From assembly GCA_023334545.1 (NCBI GenBank), contig JAADVB010000170.1, forward strand, positions 1 through 42,056: a stretch of DNA of 42,056 nucleotides. The letters are read 5' to 3'. The DNA is from Salisapilia sapeloensis CBS 127946. Its lineage: Eukaryota; Protista; Oomycota. Positions within the stretch are counted from its first letter, which is position 1, and the number at the start of each line of letters is the position of its first letter. This document shows, piece after piece, positions 40,287 through 42,056 of this stretch. The notes below the pieces were generated by a model. It was given only the letters and a program-made list of their open reading frames with translations, searched no databases and was not told the DNA's origin. The position numbers and the translations under genes were made by a program.

Positions 40287-41786
40287 ATGATGTGGAAGCG
40301 CAGTATCTTGGCACTCGTAAGTGCAACTCTTCTCGCCTGTACCTTTGCCGCGATTGAAGAAGATGAAGGTGTCCTCGTGCTCACGGACGCTAACTTTGAT
40401 GAAGCAGTCGCTGAGCACGACACGCTTTTGGTTGAATTCTACGCGCCTTGGTGCGGCCACTGCAAGAAGCTCGCGCCAGAGTACGTGAAGGCTGCGGCCG
40501 CTCTTCAGGAACAGGACCCGCCGCATCGGATCGCCAAGGTTGATGCGACGGAGAACAAGGAACTCGCGCAGCGCTTTGGTATCCAAGGTTTCCCGACGCT
40601 CAAGTTCTTCAAGGGCGACGCGGAGTCCGTCAAGGAGTACGATGGCGGCCGCACGGCCTCGGACATTCAGTCTTGGGTCGTCAAGAAGTCAGGTCCGGCT
40701 GTCCACATTATCTCGGAGAAGTCTGAATTGGACAAGTTGAAGGAGGACAACGATGTCGTGGTCTTTGCGCACCTTGACTCGGAAGATGGCGACAAGCGCG
40801 CCATCTTGGAAAAGGTTGCCGACAGTGACGACGTCAGTATCTTTGCGGCTAGCACCAAGTCGGACGTGAGCGAAGACGCTACTTCGGCCAGCTCGATCGT
40901 CCTGTACAAGAAGTTCGACGAGGGCAAGAACGTATACGAGGGTGAATTTGAGTCGAGCGAGATTGCTTCCTTCGTCCAGGCCAACCGCGTGCCGCTCGTC
41001 ATTGGCTTCACGCAGGAGAAGGCCCCGATGATCTTCGGAGGTGGCATCCACGAACACGTCCTGACCTTTGCTGACCCGGAAGGCGACTACAACGACAAGC
41101 TTGTGGAAGCTCTGAAGGTTCCGGCTAAGGCTAACAAGGGCAAGCTGTTGCACGTGACGATCCCACCGACAGAATCTCGTCTCCTTGACTTCTTTGGTCT
41201 CAAGAAGGAAGACATGCCGTACGTTGTCCTTGTGAACATGGGTGCTGGTATGAAGAAGTACGCCTTTGACTACAACGGTGAAGACCTTGTCAGTAAGATC
41301 GAGACTGGCTTCACTGATGACCTCACTGCCTTTGAAGAGCGATACTTCAAGGGCGAAGTTACCCCGACGCTCAAGTCGGCTGAACCGGAAGATGACAGTG
41401 ACGAGGCTGTCAAGGTGATCGTCGGAAAGGAGTTCAAGGAACGTGTTGTGAACAACAAGAAGGACGTTCTTCTCGAGTTCTACGCCCCATGGTGCGGACA
41501 CTGCAAGGCTCTCGCCCCTAAGTATGAGGAGCTCGCGGAGAACTTTGCTGATGACGAGAACATTGTCGTTGCCAAGATGGACGCGACTGCCAACGAGGTC
41601 GATCACCCTGGCGTCGATGTCAAGGGCTTCCCGACGATCATGTTCTTCCCGGCCAACGACAAGATGAACCCAGTGCAGTACAGCGGCGGACGTGACGTCG
41701 AGTCGTTGACGGACTTCTTGAAGAAGAATGCCCAGGCTGCCGAAGCTGCCGAAACTGCGGACGCAGTGGAGCACGAAGAGCTGTAG
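40287..41786 (+). CDS. PDI: Protein disulfide-isomerase, a-b-b'-a' (499 aa)
   Basis: True ATG at 40287 (the track start at 40104 is TTG); signal peptide MMWKRSILALVSATLLACTFA; two FYAPWCGHCK sites; C-terminal HEEL ER-retention signal. Confidence 0.97.
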   Translation: MMWKRSILALVSATLLACTFAAIEEDEGVLVLTDANFDEAVAEHDTLLVEFYAPWCGHCKKLAPEYVKAAAALQEQDPPHRIAKVDATENKELAQRFGIQGFPTLKFFKGDAESVKEYDGGRTASDIQSWVVKKSGPAVHIISEKSELDKLKEDNDVVVFAHLDSEDGDKRAILEKVADSDDVSIFAASTKSDVSEDATSASSIVLYKKFDEGKNVYEGEFESSEIASFVQANRVPLVIGFTQEKAPMIFGGGIHEHVLTFADPEGDYNDKLVEALKVPAKANKGKLLHVTIPPTESRLLDFFGLKKEDMPYVVLVNMGAGMKKYAFDYNGEDLVSKIETGFTDDLTAFEERYFKGEVTPTLKSAEPEDDSDEAVKVIVGKEFKERVVNNKKDVLLEFYAPWCGHCKALAPKYEELAENFADDENIVVAKMDATANEVDHPGVDVKGFPTIMFFPANDKMNPVQYSGGRDVESLTDFLKKNAQAAEAAETADAVEHEEL

Positions 41787-42056
41787 GTTTCTTTTGATTA
41801 GTCGTAGGCAATCGGTCTATTCTAAGGAATGAAATCCACTTGACATCAATCCATTTTGTATTTGCACTTGTTACCACCCACCTCAGTCGTAATAATCATG
41901 TCTTAAGGATTAGCTTCGTCTGAGCAGTAGTCAGTCTCACGGCTATGATCGATGCTATGCTAACGTCTAACGTCCAACGTTGAGTCTGACGGCAGAAGCC
42001 ACCCACACAATCTATAGTCAGCACCCAAATGGTCGGGTCTTGCCGATACCGATACC

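Noticed and set aside
40689-41774. 361-aa antisense ORF over PDI
   Set aside because: Expected from strong C/G third-position codon bias in the sense gene; starts at a non-ATG codon and has no motif.

Overview
Eukaryotic genomic DNA, most likely from a flagellated oomycete or close stramenopile. This is inferred from exact oomycete Inr+FPR core-promoter motifs, a START-FYVE gene, a membrane-anchored thaumatin and a DNAI7/CASC1 gene. I find 19 supportable protein-coding genes plus one doubtful small ORF. Ten genes are spliced; I rebuilt them by hand from GT-AG sites, frame continuity and family motifs, and most introns are 49-56 nt. The left ~16 kb is gene-sparse: mucin-like secreted protein, START-FYVE, cupredoxin-like protein, HxxxDG acyltransferase, thaumatin-like protein, a 3.8 kb gene-free gap with an inverted-repeat element, and a calmodulin-like gene. 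The right ~25 kb is very compact: NAP1, HDAC1, API5-like/RRM/RS fusion, DNAI7, PPT2, a 2108-aa coiled coil, CABLES, SDHD, HTD2-like, TTP/ZFP36-like, a micro-exon membrane protein, an EF-hand protein and PDI. No rRNA, tRNA, CRISPR or transposase gene was recognised. Best leads: an API5-like domain fused to RRM/RS/RGG regions; 16 consecutive genes in strictly alternating orientation; an uncharacterised EF-hand protein with a presequence-like start and C-terminal membrane anchor; a putatively dually acylated condensation-like acyltransferase; a hidden gene with an 18-nt micro-exon; a cupredoxin lacking most copper ligands; a MITE-like inverted repeat; and a 28-bp near-perfect palindrome. Family assignments come from remembered motifs, not database searches.
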